Notes under the pieces: generated by a model
The model's input: only the letters and a program-made list of their open reading frames with translations
The model's database searches: none
What the model was told of the DNA's origin: nothing
Shown: one piece after another, positions 1-12,900 of the stretch
How positions within the stretch are numbered: position 1 is the stretch's first letter
Layout of the letters: each line of letters starts with the position of its first letter
Position numbers and translations under genes: made by a program
DNA from: Lama glama
Lineage: Eukaryota
Direction: 5' to 3'
Assembly: GCA_028534125.1 (NCBI GenBank)
Contig: CM052817.1
Span: 86,492,001 to 86,556,000 of the forward strand
DNA: 64,000 bases

Positions 1-1154
1 CCTCAAAGTAGACCGAAATCCCTGGAAGGTAATAAAATATTGAAATGTAATTACTGATGTGATGGAGACAGAATTACATATTTGTAAACAACAAAACAAC
101 TACATATTTTTTAATTTATTAGAACACATCTCAAGAGTTTCTATGGGAGATTAAAAAGGGCATTAGAAACTCTATAAATATATAGCCTCAAATTGTATGG
201 AGTTTATTTTTGTTGTTTTAATTTTAGAAATAATTTATTAAAATGTGTAATAATACATAAATAGATTTTTTTCCTTAGTTCTATGTAAAAGGTTTCGGAG
301 TTACATGGTTCAGTTTATCTTCTATATACTTTTTTTCAAGATTAATTTCACATTAATGAAGGTTCTGATTTGTCTGTTTTTCAATCTGCATCTTCATCTG
401 TATTGCATTTCTTAACCAGGGCCTGCAATTACTATGCTACTGAGTTCATAGTGGTAGGAGATTGGGGGTTCAATTTTAAATGATGTCAAAATGCATTTCA
501 CATATATACCATTCCTTATTTAATTAGAACAATGTATGTCTGTGTTCATTTTCCCCATTCATTACAAATAATTAAGCATGACTGTCTTCATTTGTTATTA
601 CAATTGAAAATCATACTTTCAGAGTCCACATGGAAAGACTCATGCATGCTTCAACACAGCTACAGTTGAGAGTAGATATTAAACTGAAATCCACTTCTGG
701 TATATTTGCACTGTAAACGTTTCATGAAAGCATTGAAGGAAGATAGGAACGATCCCTCTGTGTCCTGGGCAGGATTGCTCTTCTCAGATAATTCCACTAC
801 ATACAGTATTTATTGGCTCTTATACAGATCAGGAAGTTTGCCGACAAGGTGTTGTTATTCTGACTGAATAACCTCAACTGCAATTGAATATATAATGACT
901 ACTTGAGCATATGTGACAGCATTCTTTGGAAAACACAATATTGAAAACATTAGGACAATTTCATTTTTAGGGGGAAATTTATACCTCATTTTGCTTATAT
1001 TTTCAGGTAATATACAAATATTAAAAGTTAATATATGGCTTATATAAAAAAAGAACCTACCAAAATCTAAAGAAACCTATTTACATAGCTTTATATTGAG
1101 GTATTAAATTTTTTGCATTAAATTTTAATTATTTTCATACGACCATTTTCATAT

Positions 1155-1715
1155 GGTCTTGTTTGCTTGTCCACCTGGCCACTTTGTGCTTCTCCACAGC
1201 ATCTGGCCTCTACCAGTCTTCCGTCTCAGTCCCTTCCCTGTCCAGGTGAAGTCTTGGGTGATGTTTAAGACAGCTCCAAGGAAGTTCTCTCCTGCATTGC
1301 CTGCATCTGGTGTAAAGAAAACAAACTCTTTGCTCCCATCTCTGCAGCTTCAGCTCATTTTTAGATTTGACACATGCTTTCAACACAGCCCTCAGTTTCC
1401 TGCCGCCCTGCCATCTCAGGCTGAGTCTGCTTGAACTTCCCACATTACTGCTCATGCTTCCTAGTGTCTAGTGGTCCTGGTGCAATCCTTTTTCATCTGA
1501 CCTCAGGTTTGGAGGATGTACCTCTCTGGCCTTCCCCCTAATATGGTGGAAGCTACCTCAGAACTGTCTTCAAAGGAAATCTCTCTCTCTCTTCTAATTT
1601 TTTTCAACTTGGCCCATTTGAAAGCTAACCACTGATGTCCACTAAATCTGACAGAATTTCTTGTGTAATACTGTAGCACATCCTTCATAGGTATCCTAAC
1701 TCTGATAATAGGACA
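1155..1715. mobile_element. Possible ancient ERVL/Gypsy-type LTR remnant
   Basis: A ~560-bp block clearly richer in GC and pyrimidines than its flanks, of LTR-like size. No family motif, TG..CA ends or TSD confirmed. Confidence 0.3.
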
Positions 1716-1873
1716 TTAGGTATTTGGCCCTATTTAACTGTTTTCAGAATTAGAAACAGTGGCAGAATTCTCTGTGACAAGCTGATGACACACATGTAAC
1801 ATCTTATTACAAAGTTCTAAGTGTGTATCTTCTCCAAAACTGCTATGATGACAGCATCAATTAAAAGAATCAC

Positions 1874-2470
1874 TTAACAGGCACCCCAATGTTCATAGCA
1901 GCACTATTTACATTAGCCAAGACATGGAAACAGCCTATATTTCCATAGACAGATGACTAGATAAAGAAGCTGGGGTATATTTATACAATGGAATACTACT
2001 CGGCCAGAAAAAATAATAAAATAATACCATTTGCGGCAACATGGATGAACCTGGAGATTGTCATTCTAAGAGAAGTAAGCCAGAAAGAGAAAAATACCAT
2101 ACGATATTACTTACATCTGGAATCTAAAAAAAAGACAAATGAACTTATTTACAAAACAGAAACAGACTCACAGACATAGAAAACAAACTTATGGTTACCG
2201 TGGGGGAAGGAGGTGGGAAGGGATAAATTCGGAGTTTGAGATTTGCAGATATTTACTAATATACGTAAAATAGATAAACCAGTTCATACTGTGTAGCACA
2301 GGGAACTATATTCAATATCTTGTAGTAATTCATGGTGAAAAAGAATATGAAAACAAATACATGTATGTTTATGTATGAATGAGCATTATGCTGTACACTA
2401 GAAATTAACACAACATTGTAAACTGACTATCCTTCAATAAATATATACATACGCAAATTTAAAAAAAAAA
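1874..2470 (+). mobile_element. Young 5'-truncated LINE-1 (end of ORF2 plus 3'UTR), camelid/cetartiodactyl type, with TSD
   Basis: Carries the L1 ORF2-end motifs (caccccaatgttcatagcagcacta; MEYYSA..KIIPFAATWMNLE in ORF 1988..2179), AATAAA and an A-tail at 2461-2470. TSD aaaagaatcac lies at 1863-1873 and 2467-2477, with a TT|AAAA L1-endonuclease site on the left. Confidence 0.95.
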
Positions 2471-4431
2471 GAATCACAGAAATGACTAGATTGCACTGCA
2501 TACGTAAAAACTATATTTAATAAGTGAGTCTACTAAAACATACATTTTCCATTTATTTTACCTAACACTAAGTATTTTTAAACTGAAATTCTATTAGTGT
2601 ATATGAATTGTATTCAGGCTGTGTTATTTAATCATTTAAATTCTGTAAGTAAGTTTTTAACCTATATGCAGTTTTCTGTATGACATCAATCTAAGCGGTT
2701 TTTGAAATATACTTTTCAAAATTATTTTTAGTTAAAAGATATAACATTACTCTGATGTCATTAGATTCAGTCACTGAATTTTGAAATATTTTCTTCCCTT
2801 AATAGCCCTGTTTTGGGAGCAAGTGAGTGCTAAAAAACCTGTGAAAACATTTCTAATTAAATGCAACTATTTATTTTGAGAAAATGAGTGCCAAATCATA
2901 ACCATTTTAGAGGGAGTATTCATGTGGCCCCATCATTTTTATTCTGATGTGATTTTTTGATGAAAGACAAGAAAATGACATTGTGGTATCACTCCTGTGA
3001 AAGTGGACTTTTAAAATGATTGGTGGGAAGTGTGCTCTACAATGAATTTGGGGAATAATTCAAAGTAATCAAAAATATTCTGCATAAGAATTTCTTTTAA
3101 TTTTTGTTTAATTTGCTCAAACTTAAACTAGAAACTCAATATAGGCTGTCATTTCACTCATGTTTTAAAAAATTAAGCATTAAAATTTAGAGAACAAAAT
3201 ATTTGAGCAGTCAGTGTAGAAAGTGTGAAGCTAACAGTTTAATCAGAACCTCAAGTAATTTAAAGAAGTAAACAGTTTAAATAAACCATATTAAATTTTA
3301 TTTTATATTTTGTCAAATTTTTAACACAGATGATTACATATACACATACTTGTTTTTATAAGTATGTATTCATACATTTATGATTGCTTAATTACTTGTT
3401 TATACCCAAATACAAATTATATTTTTTAAAATTAATGAATTAATGAAATGATAAATTCAAGGGCTAATCAACGTTTATTTAACCCTTTATTAAAAAAGAT
3501 AAAAGTACTAAGTTTCAGGGTGAAATGGGTATTAATCAGAGGGGCTAATCTAGTCTGTCACTATCAGAAAAAGGGATTTAAATTTTGTAAATATATTGAT
3601 TTTTACAACTGGTATCATGAGAAGCATGTGCAATGAGTCATCTCTTCACATGGTCATTGAATCATTAAAGCATAAATTAAATATGCATTTAAACTTTGAG
3701 TTTAAATTAGTAACTGGGAAATACATAAAATGTTATCTTTTATTTTGAACACATTATCTTTTCTTATTTTCTTTAGTCATAAAACTATACACAAAACTAG
3801 TTTGGGTAAGAATATAAACAAAAATGATGAATAATATAGATATAACCAGTTATTTTAGTGAGGACATTCTAGGCAAAGATAAGGATTATGTTACATTTAT
3901 CTGGTTGATTACAAACCAGTCTTAATATTTAGTATTAAAGATTGACATGTCTCAAAATTGAGGCTGATAATATTTCCTGAGAATCTAATTATTATTAGAG
4001 CAGTTTGTAAAATTGTATAAAACCCTTGTCACATAAAGTTTAGTATTGCTGTTGATACCACATGAATTTTATTCAACCACTGTTTATACAATTTCACTTT
4101 TTTTTTTCAGTTCAGACTTGAGTTTTCTGAGTTTTGGTAATTTGTCTCTCAGTACACAGAATGTTACTTTAGTGGATTTAGAATTTGTTTTTTATTTTAT
4201 TTTTTCCTTGAAACGCTTTGGCTCTAGAAAGTTTTCCCCAGTGACCTTTGTTGAATCATATGTCATTTTTAAGTTCATTAAAAGTCTTTAAAGTTTACTG
4301 TGATAAATATTTTATAATTGACAGCATAGTTAGTAGATCTCATGTATCCATTAATTCATCTTTTTCTACACTTTATTTTTAAATTTATTTTCCTTATAAT
4401 ATATATTCCGAATTTATTGTGTTTTATTTAC

Positions 4432-4635
4432 TTATTTTTTTATTGAAGTATAGTCAGTCTATAATGTTATCTTAATTTCTGGTGTACAGCATACTGACTC
4501 AGTTATACATGTATATATTGTTTTTCGTAATAGCTATTATAGGATATTGAATACAGTTCCCTGTGCTGTGCAGTAGGACCATGTTGTTTATCTATTTTAT
4601 ATATAGTAGTTAGTATCTGCTAATCCTGAACTCCC
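4432..4635 (-). mobile_element. Short LINE-1 3' end (cetartiodactyl type)
   Basis: T-tract followed by ttattgaagtatagtcag...tattgaatacagttccctgtgctgtgcagtaggacc, the reverse complement of the L1 3'UTR seen at 2230-2460. Confidence 0.9.
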
Positions 4636-7434
4636 TGTTCTCTTAATCATTGCTTTCTATCCTGTTTGTTTTTTTCTTCAGAGGGATCTATGAATTAAAA
4701 TTTTTTTCCCAGTAGTTTCTGATAAATGTATTTAGACCAAAGCTGAATATTTGCTGACTGCTGGTGATTTCTTTGATCCAGATGATGAACTAATTATGTC
4801 ATGCCTTGCCTTTAGGCATAAAATTTTAAAAGTTAATTTATACTTTTAACAAAAATTTAACAGTGATATTTTGCATACCAGGTTTGTGGAGCTATAACAA
4901 AAAAAGTTACTTGCCTTCAAGAAATACGAAAATTGGAAGATGAATTTTAACACATACATCTGAGATTATCAGATTATGTGTGTATGGTTTGTTTTTGTTA
5001 TTAAATTGATAATGACTAGTAAATTAATATTTGAAATAATATATTCAATAGGCTAATTCATTGGTCATTTAGTTTCAACTTTTTACTATTGATAGCATTT
5101 CTAATTTTAATATATTCATGCTTGGTTACTCAGAATCAGTTATTTATTTTTCTTCAAATTTGCTTAAGATTAAACCTTTCCAAATGTTTCTTCTGAAAGT
5201 AAAAGCTTTAATTGTACAGTTTTATTATTCAGTATTCTCTCAATTCTCATGTGAAGTGAGTATAATAATTGATGTAAAAAAGTGGTATTTTGTGACTGTA
5301 AAAAATACAATACCTAAGTTTTCTAATTTAATCATAGGCAAGGCAGTTACTGCTCACACTGTGAGTAGCAGCTTATGCTAATAGGTAATCACAGTTTATG
5401 CCTAATAGCTACCATACCCTTCATAGGTAGAAGAAAGATCACTATGGCTATCTATCCTGTTGCAGAGTTAAACAAACAAGTAAAGAAATAAACATATTTT
5501 TGCCAATTTATTAATGACTGTTAATTCTGATGTATTAGAAATGCTAAGGAGTTTTTTTTAAACAAATTATAATTATTTGAAAATTTTGAAAATTATTGCA
5601 AAATCGTAATTTTGAAAAAGATAAATACAGAAATGATTTTTTTTCTTCAAAACAGACTGATGAAGTTGTGAAATTGGGGAAGATTATATGGTTATAATCT
5701 CCTTGTTTCAAAGAAGTAAGTTTTGGAGCAGTCTAACACATAAAGTTGTCCAAATTCTCTGTCTGCCCATCCTCCCCTCCATCTTCCAATACAGGAAAAA
5801 AATAAGGAAATTCTCCCTTGGTAGACACATTAAATACTTGTCATATTGAACAAAAAATTAAATAGTTTTGTTTTTATTCTTAAGTGGACAAGAGGAGAAA
5901 ACTTCTCAGTATTTTTCTCTAGTAATTTGCTGAGTAGAAAATACATACATAGTACTGATATATTTTATTTTTTTAAATTCATGTAGAAATATAAAATGGA
6001 CAGAAATACACACATACACATAAATAACTTACCTGCATCTGTTCCAAGTAATGCATTTGGCATTTTAGCTTAATTATTTCAATATACAGGAGAATAGGTA
6101 AGGTAACAAGTCAAGGTCCTGGGTTGAGCTATAAGCTAACAAAGGAATTTCCTCCTATTTATTAGCCAGGAACTACTCTCCCGATGCCAGTGAGTTCTCA
6201 ACACAAATTCTTCTTATTTCAATTCTAGCACCCAGATTCAAAGAGTATATGTATAATGTTAATAACGCTAAATGATTAATCTTACAATAATGAATTAAAC
6301 TGTCAAGATTTATATAATGACATCCTGAATTAGTTGTTTCTTATTTTTAATTAGGTATTAAGGCCAATTCTGCAGTCTCATTGTTAGCATTTTTTCATCT
6401 GAAGAATGAGCTGTATCTCTAGGCTGCATTCAAATGCAGGCAAACATAGAATTTGTTTTGCTTTGTATGAAGCGTAGTGATACTGTCTTAAATATTACAA
6501 AGGAGTAGAAATGGTGAAACCTTAAGCAAGGCATGTTGAATTTCGGACACATCCTCAGAACATTTTCTCCTAATTTACTTTGTTTACAGTAGAACATTTT
6601 GTGAGTAAACATTTTTCTTATGGTTGAAAGAAAACCTATTTAATTAATATGTTCAAATATTAGTAGAAGTATAATATACACGATCCTCCCAGACAGCAGA
6701 GTCCTTTCAGAAATTCAGAGGCTGATACATGGTCTATAATGAAATAACTGGCTTTAATATACCTGTTATCGGAAAGAATTTGTTTAGTGTTTTAATTTTT
6801 AAAACATCCAGTACAAGTGAATTGAAATCATAACCCTGAAGCATTTTCTTGGAGAACTTTTAGATATTATTACCATGAAATTAATTTCTCAGACTGAAAG
6901 ACACATAAATTATTTTTGGGTGAATAGAATTAATGAAGTTTTAGATAGCTTTCTTTAGGGTTGGACTTTAATTGAACAATTACACAACTTTACCAATTGG
7001 CTTTAGAACAATGATTGACACTATAATAATTCAGAGAGGCTTTTTTTATCCAAGAATAAAGTAAAGCAGTTTATTCATATATAATGCTAAAATTATAATA
7101 GTTACTTTCTGAAACTGAATGAATTTCTTTGAAGTGATTATAATTTTGAATATTTTGAAAACTTTCCTTTTTAGTATTATTCTAAATGTCTGATCTTAAT
7201 TAATCTTAATAAATAAATGTATAGATAAACATCTTGTTCTATAATTTTTCCTTATTTTTGTCTTATAATGTGGATGGACACTTTAAAAATCTATAGTATG
7301 TCTAAGAATTTTAAAATCTCATGTTTTATATTCAAGCAATAATCTCAAAATTATGTAAATAAACTAAATTTTATGCAATCATATACTATTATATACTATA
7401 TTAATTCTTCTGAGAACATAACCTAATGTTATAT

Positions 7435-8011
7435 TATTACTGAATGAAGTTCTTTTGCCAAATGCTGAGACACCAAGATTTGCAGCAAAGAAAGTGTTTA
7501 TTCAGGAGGCAGCCAAACTGGGAGACAGGAGAACAAACCTCAAACCTGCTTCCCACAAAGCGAGGTGCTTGGAATACTTACTGGGCAAAGCTGAGGTGTG
7601 GCGACCAGGGGGCAAAGTAATTGGAGATAATAAAATGGTGAAATAATTGTTCTGCACAGAGGCAAATAAGCTACCCACAAGTCTCCATCATGGGGTGCAT
7701 GCTCAGAAAACATAAGTGTTAGCATGATCTGAGGGTAGCGTTTTTGGTTCTCTGAAGTCAGAAAGTCACCAAGCAGACACGTGCACGTGTCCACATGGAG
7801 GGGCAGTGGTCTTAACCAGTCTTAACCAGTCTTAACCAGCTCAGGGTCAAGCTGTACACAGCTGACTTCAAGTTCCTAAAAAAGAACTCAGGTAAACATC
7901 TTATTGTTTAGGCTACATGATGCTTGGAAAACATGCAAGTCTTTTGTAGCAACAAAGTTAGTTTGAGGTTACAAGTATAATGGATCTAGCCGGTGATTAC
8001 CCTTAGTTTCA
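7435..8011 (-). mobile_element. Solo LTR, ERV1 class (lineage-specific)
   Basis: The minus strand begins TGAAACTAAGGG and ends GTAATA (decayed GTAACA). A minus-strand AATAAA sits near 7497-7502. A 4-bp TSD atat lies at 7431-7434 and 8012-8015; 4-bp TSDs are typical of ERV1. Internal 10-mer repeat cttaaccagt x3 at 7811-7840. Confidence 0.85.
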
Positions 8012-9019
8012 ATATCACAACAAAATTTTTAAACAAATCTATCAAACAACTACTATTCTATTCATTGGTTCTTTGCACATATTTTTCCATACATTTTCAC
8101 CTCTGAAATAGAAGGCATGTTGTAAGAGTTCAATTAGTAGTGTGTTTTTCTTTCTTTTTTTTTGGCAGTGGCATACCCATTCCGTATTCCATTAACTATA
8201 TTGCCAGCAGTGTAGTATCTGTTGACAGTATAAGATGATAGACAAAAATTCTACCTTTCAAACTAGGAGGAGATATAGGAAAACTTTGAAACTAATTACA
8301 GTATAATTGTATGTATATTTTGATAAAAGAAATGTAGAGTATGTGACACTCTACCAGGGGTACTTAACTCCAAGAATAGTAAGTGTTCACATTTATGCTG
8401 AATTTTTGAATAGTTATGGGATCATTATCAATTTTAATTAACATGATAAAAATTTTGTTTCGAGTTGATATTTTACCAAGATTTCTTGTCAGTATTTGGC
8501 TACAGTATATAATGAAATTTTTAAATCTTAACTCTTTGTTCTTGGTTCCTCAAAAGATAATATAATTTAAATATTTTGATAGGAAAATTTTAAAAGATTG
8601 TTTGTTATAGAAAACGCCTTTGTTCAAAGAAAAAAAATAGAATATCAAGTTTAAGGTTGTAGTCTTTAGTTATAAACCAACTAAGGACCTATGTATCAAT
8701 TAATTCTTATCAGGAGATTTATCTCTTAAGAATATTAAACAGAGTACAATTCCAATGCAATGAATAGATCAAAACCATGTACTTAAATCTTTAATATTTG
8801 TTCATCCATATTATGAGACTACAAATTTTACCAGTATTTTCACAAGTATTGGAAATTATACAATATTATTTCTTACAGAAAGTCAGTATGCCTGTCACTT
8901 GACCTAGGAGAAATATCTGCTACATTATGTGACACGAAGTCCATGCACAGTCCCCTCAACCCAGAAAGTTGAACAAGAAGATATATGTCACGTTTGCCAT
9001 GCAATTTCAGAGTTACTGG

Positions 9020-9452
9020 TGATGAGGTTCAGAGCGAGCCTCCTGCCAATGTACCTCTGAAGGCTCAAGAGAAACTTTTGCCCCTCCTTTAACTACCTAG
9101 CAAACTTAAAATTGGTGGACTTCCCCAGAATGTAAGTTATTACAAGAGATCAGTTTTATCTGAGTGCCCCATCTGTACAACAGAGCAGACATCTGATTAC
9201 CAAACATCTGCTCTTCTTCTTGTTCTGTGAATGACACTCCTGTCCTTGAAGCCCTAGACCGCTATTCTATTTCTTAGCTCAGGATAGTGTATGTACCTCA
9301 TTTTACCCATCTGTGTTTGAACCTTTTCTGTATGCTGGGGTTCCTGTACGTACAATATTAAATTAGATTGTTAGTCTGCTCATGTCAATTTAATTATTAG
9401 ACCGCCCAGAAAAACCTAGAAGGGTAGAGAAAAATTACTTTCCTTCTCAACA
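9020..9452 (+). mobile_element. Solo LTR, ERV1 MER34/MER39-like
   Basis: Starts tgatgaggttcag and ends with the MER34-like tail aacctagaagggtagagaaaaattactttccttctcaaca. TG..CA termini are present, and a 4-bp TSD ctgg lies at 9016-9019 and 9453-9456. Confidence 0.85.
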
Positions 9453-9669
9453 CTGGATAGGACATAAAATGTCTCTTTCCCTTCGGATGCTGCCATCCTC
9501 AGCACATTAGCTTAATAGTGCATCTGGAATATGCACTACATTTCAAGCACTGCAATGCTGATGTATGAAAAAAGCTCTAAAATTATAAAGCAAGCCTATT
9601 AAATACTCATTTTGGACAAGTTCTTTTAAAACATTTTCTCTTTAATAAATTAAATTTTAATTACTTCCC

Positions 9670-9900
9670 CAACAGTTAAATAGCAACTGCCTGTATACGA
9701 GACCTGGGCTAAGTATTGTAGACACGAATATACAAAGCATGAATATAACATTAACTCCCTTCAAAGAGCAGTCTGTTGAGAGAAGTAACTGTAAAGAGAT
9801 GAGGAGAACAGCTTAAACTCTCAGAACACTTATAAAGGTGTATTATGAAAGCACCTAAACCGGGACTTTTGGAAAATATAGAGTATTGTTTGAAAGAGAT
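9670..9900 (-). mobile_element. Degraded L2 3' fragment
   Basis: Resembles the reverse L2 3' end (..ctgcctgtatacgagacctgggctaagtattgtagacac..cccttcaaagagc..). Confidence 0.5.
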
Positions 9901-12900
9901 CAGGATAATAGTTTTAGGAACCATTTTTCCAATTGTTAGGTGGAAACTTGAATGTGAATGAAATTACCATTCACAGAGACAGAGGGTAGCATAATATTTA
10001 AAAGCCTGGACTCTAGTGGGAGATAAACAGTGATTTAAATCTTCTGGTAAATCTACTTAGCACACAGAGGTAAGACTTTCCCCACCACATGGCCCTTTCA
10101 TCATACTCACAGTGGACTATCAGAAATGACCTGACCAGGCAATCCATAGATTGGCAAATGGCTTATTTAGTGCTGTGTTGCAAGATCCTTGCCCAACAAG
10201 GACAATGGATACTTCAACAGAGAGAAGGAGATCAATTTGAGCTTCTTCCCAAGTGTTGACATGAAATTCAAAGGGAAAATGAGATGCTCTTGTTGTATTT
10301 GCTATTTTGTTTTGATGTGGAGCAGGGCATGGAAGTGCAGAGAGGAAGCTTCATAAAGATGAAGTCCCTAGTAGAAATCCATGAACTACTGCTTGTGGTT
10401 GTTATAGGCTATGATGATGATTATTCTTAATGCCATTATGTTTAGTAGGGAAGTATGTAGTTAAAATAATGACCTACTCCATAAAGCTGCTTTGAATCAT
10501 GAATAAATTTCCAGTTTCAATCTCCGTAAGGCCTAGTACATCCCATTGCTTCCTCTTTCCAGTAAATTTATTCTCTGGCTGTTTTCTATAGTTAGTGAAG
10601 TTTAGTCTTGTGAAAGAAATTCTTGTTTTCTGTTTTTTAATGTGTATCAGTAAAATGAATGCCCTCTCACCCTTTATTAGTTGAACAACCAAAAATGCCT
10701 AATGAGCCTAGGAAAGGGCTTGATGAAAAGAATCAGGATTAGGGATGATTACTGAGAGAACACAGAAGACATACATAAATTGAGAACACATAAATAACTT
10801 ACTAGAAAGTGCTATTTTAGTCTGTGAATTTCTAGGAGTTCTAGAAAATTGTTCTTAATTCTTGAATAAAACTATGATTTTGCATAATAGTAATTTGTAT
10901 ATATATCTTTACAATCTCTAACAAAACTATAAATTTCATGAGAAGTGGAATCATGACTTGATCCCCTTCCTGTGTTATGATATTCAAGGTGAGATCTTTC
11001 AGTGTTTCAGTGATTTATTGATGTTGCCTTTTAAAATTAAATCTCTGGAAAATTAGGTTATATGTAAACCAGTGAAGTCATTGCTTATTTACAGAATACA
11101 AAAACAAATTGAAATGTGATTCTCATTCAGGATACAACCAAAGAAAAGTTTCTCTGGATTTTTAAAATTAAAAAGTAGGAGAAAGAAAGTTTTTATTAAG
11201 CATACATCACTAGATGTAATATCAAGGTGAGATTATGTCATATTAATTTAACATATTTATGAAAAATGTACAATGTCTCAGACACTATTATAGTCCACTA
11301 CAATTGTAGTAACAGTATTATCCACTGGTTTGTCAGTCTTCAAGTAACAAAACTACAATTCAGGCAATATGTGGAGGCACACCAACTGCGGCTGCTGATG
11401 TGCTGATGCCCTGTTATCATTCAGAATATTTATGTAATCTATATTCTTAGCTTTAACATGTGGTTCTCATGTTTAAACACTATCCTTAAGTAATTTTTTT
11501 TCTTTTGTTATGTTTCTTCCCATCAAAAAAATCTTATTCTCTAAGCTTGCTGCATTGATTAGTTTTAAGGAAAAATGAGTTTTCTGGTTTTAAGGCAAAA
11601 CAGAAGACCCATTTGTTAAATTAGGCATTTGCCTAATGGATATAGGAGGATCTGCAAGATTAAGGTCATGGATCTTTTCTTGTTGTCAGATAATGTGTTA
11701 AATAAAATCAAAGGAATGATAAACAAGGGTAATTGCAGAGAAAAGCATTCCCTTAGGGTTCAAACCAGAAATCTTCTAAAATGTAAATTTTCAGAATAGA
11801 CACTCAAAATATTCTTTAAGGGCAAATAAAAGGATTATTTTCAGAGAATTAAAATATCCTATACAATATTTTTAAGAAAATGATAAATATTATTTATGTT
11901 AGAATTCTTATCTATGAATACATTTATAGATGATTAGTAAAGTTATTTGTGGCAAAAGCCAGTGTCTTTTTATGACAAGGAAAGCAATATCAGTCTTGTT
12001 AAAACACATCAAAATAACATATTAGAATGCAGATACAAGAAAAGCCCAAATTAACGAAACTGTATAAATTTAGAAAGGCAGAAGAAGGATTAAATTACTT
12101 GAATCAGATGGAAAACGAATTTGAATATTTTGTCTTTAAAAATACATAGCACAAGCATAAAAATGAATCTTTAAAATCCTTGGCTAAGTAAGAAACAGGG
12201 TGATGAAGAGTAAGAACAAATAATAATACAAAAAAATTGCTGTATTTATAGAAATTTAGATCATTTTGATGGTAGCACTAATAGAACATAAAATGTTTTC
12301 TGTGAAAAAAACAGCATTTTGACTGAGAAATTCTAGGTTCAAAATCTAAAATTAAAATCATAATAAACAAAGACAGAGATTAAAAAGAACAAATGAATAT
12401 TGGAAATTTTTATGCTTGAATACTGACATGAAATAAACCATTATTGAGAACACAAATATTATTTAATTGTATTAATTGAAGAAATTGTAATGAAGTTGAA
12501 TGGATATTTTATGAACATTGGAAGAAGGGCACATATTTGAGATTTGTCATGTTTTCTGTTTCTAATCCTTAGATAAAAAAGACAAATAGTTACTAAACTT
12601 AAGCCGTATATCTAAAGGAGAGAAAAGGATTCAGAAAGCATTTGGTATTTGCCAGTTTTCAAAGTGGTAAAACTCTAACTGAAGAAGACAGTGACCATGG
12701 CAGCAGTATTGTTATAGAAATTTTTATATTCTACAAAAATGTATTTATGTGCAAATCATAAATTTGCAACTAAAACTGATTTAATAGTTTCTACTAGCAT
12801 TCTTTAAGTTTTGTGTAGTGAATAAATATAATTTGATGAAACAAATTATTTGGGGGAGTTTTGGACAAGAAAAAAGTTATAGTTAAATATATCCCACTGT

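Noticed and set aside
985..1012. Plus-strand ttttcag|gtaata as a second recursive splice site
   Set aside because: The regenerated donor is weak (no G at +5), the pyrimidine tract is interrupted, and no downstream RS-exon donor is evident.
4736..4850. Protein-like frame TKAEYLLTAGDFFDPDDELIMSCLAF..
   Set aside because: The acceptor lacks a pyrimidine tract, there is no good donor, I recognise no homologue, and the length is compatible with chance.
11620..11637. Short hairpins (attaggca-tt-tgcctaat; also ataatacct..aggtattat near 40823-40846)
   Set aside because: Arms of 8-9 bp are expected by chance in AT-rich DNA and are too short for a pre-miRNA or MITE.
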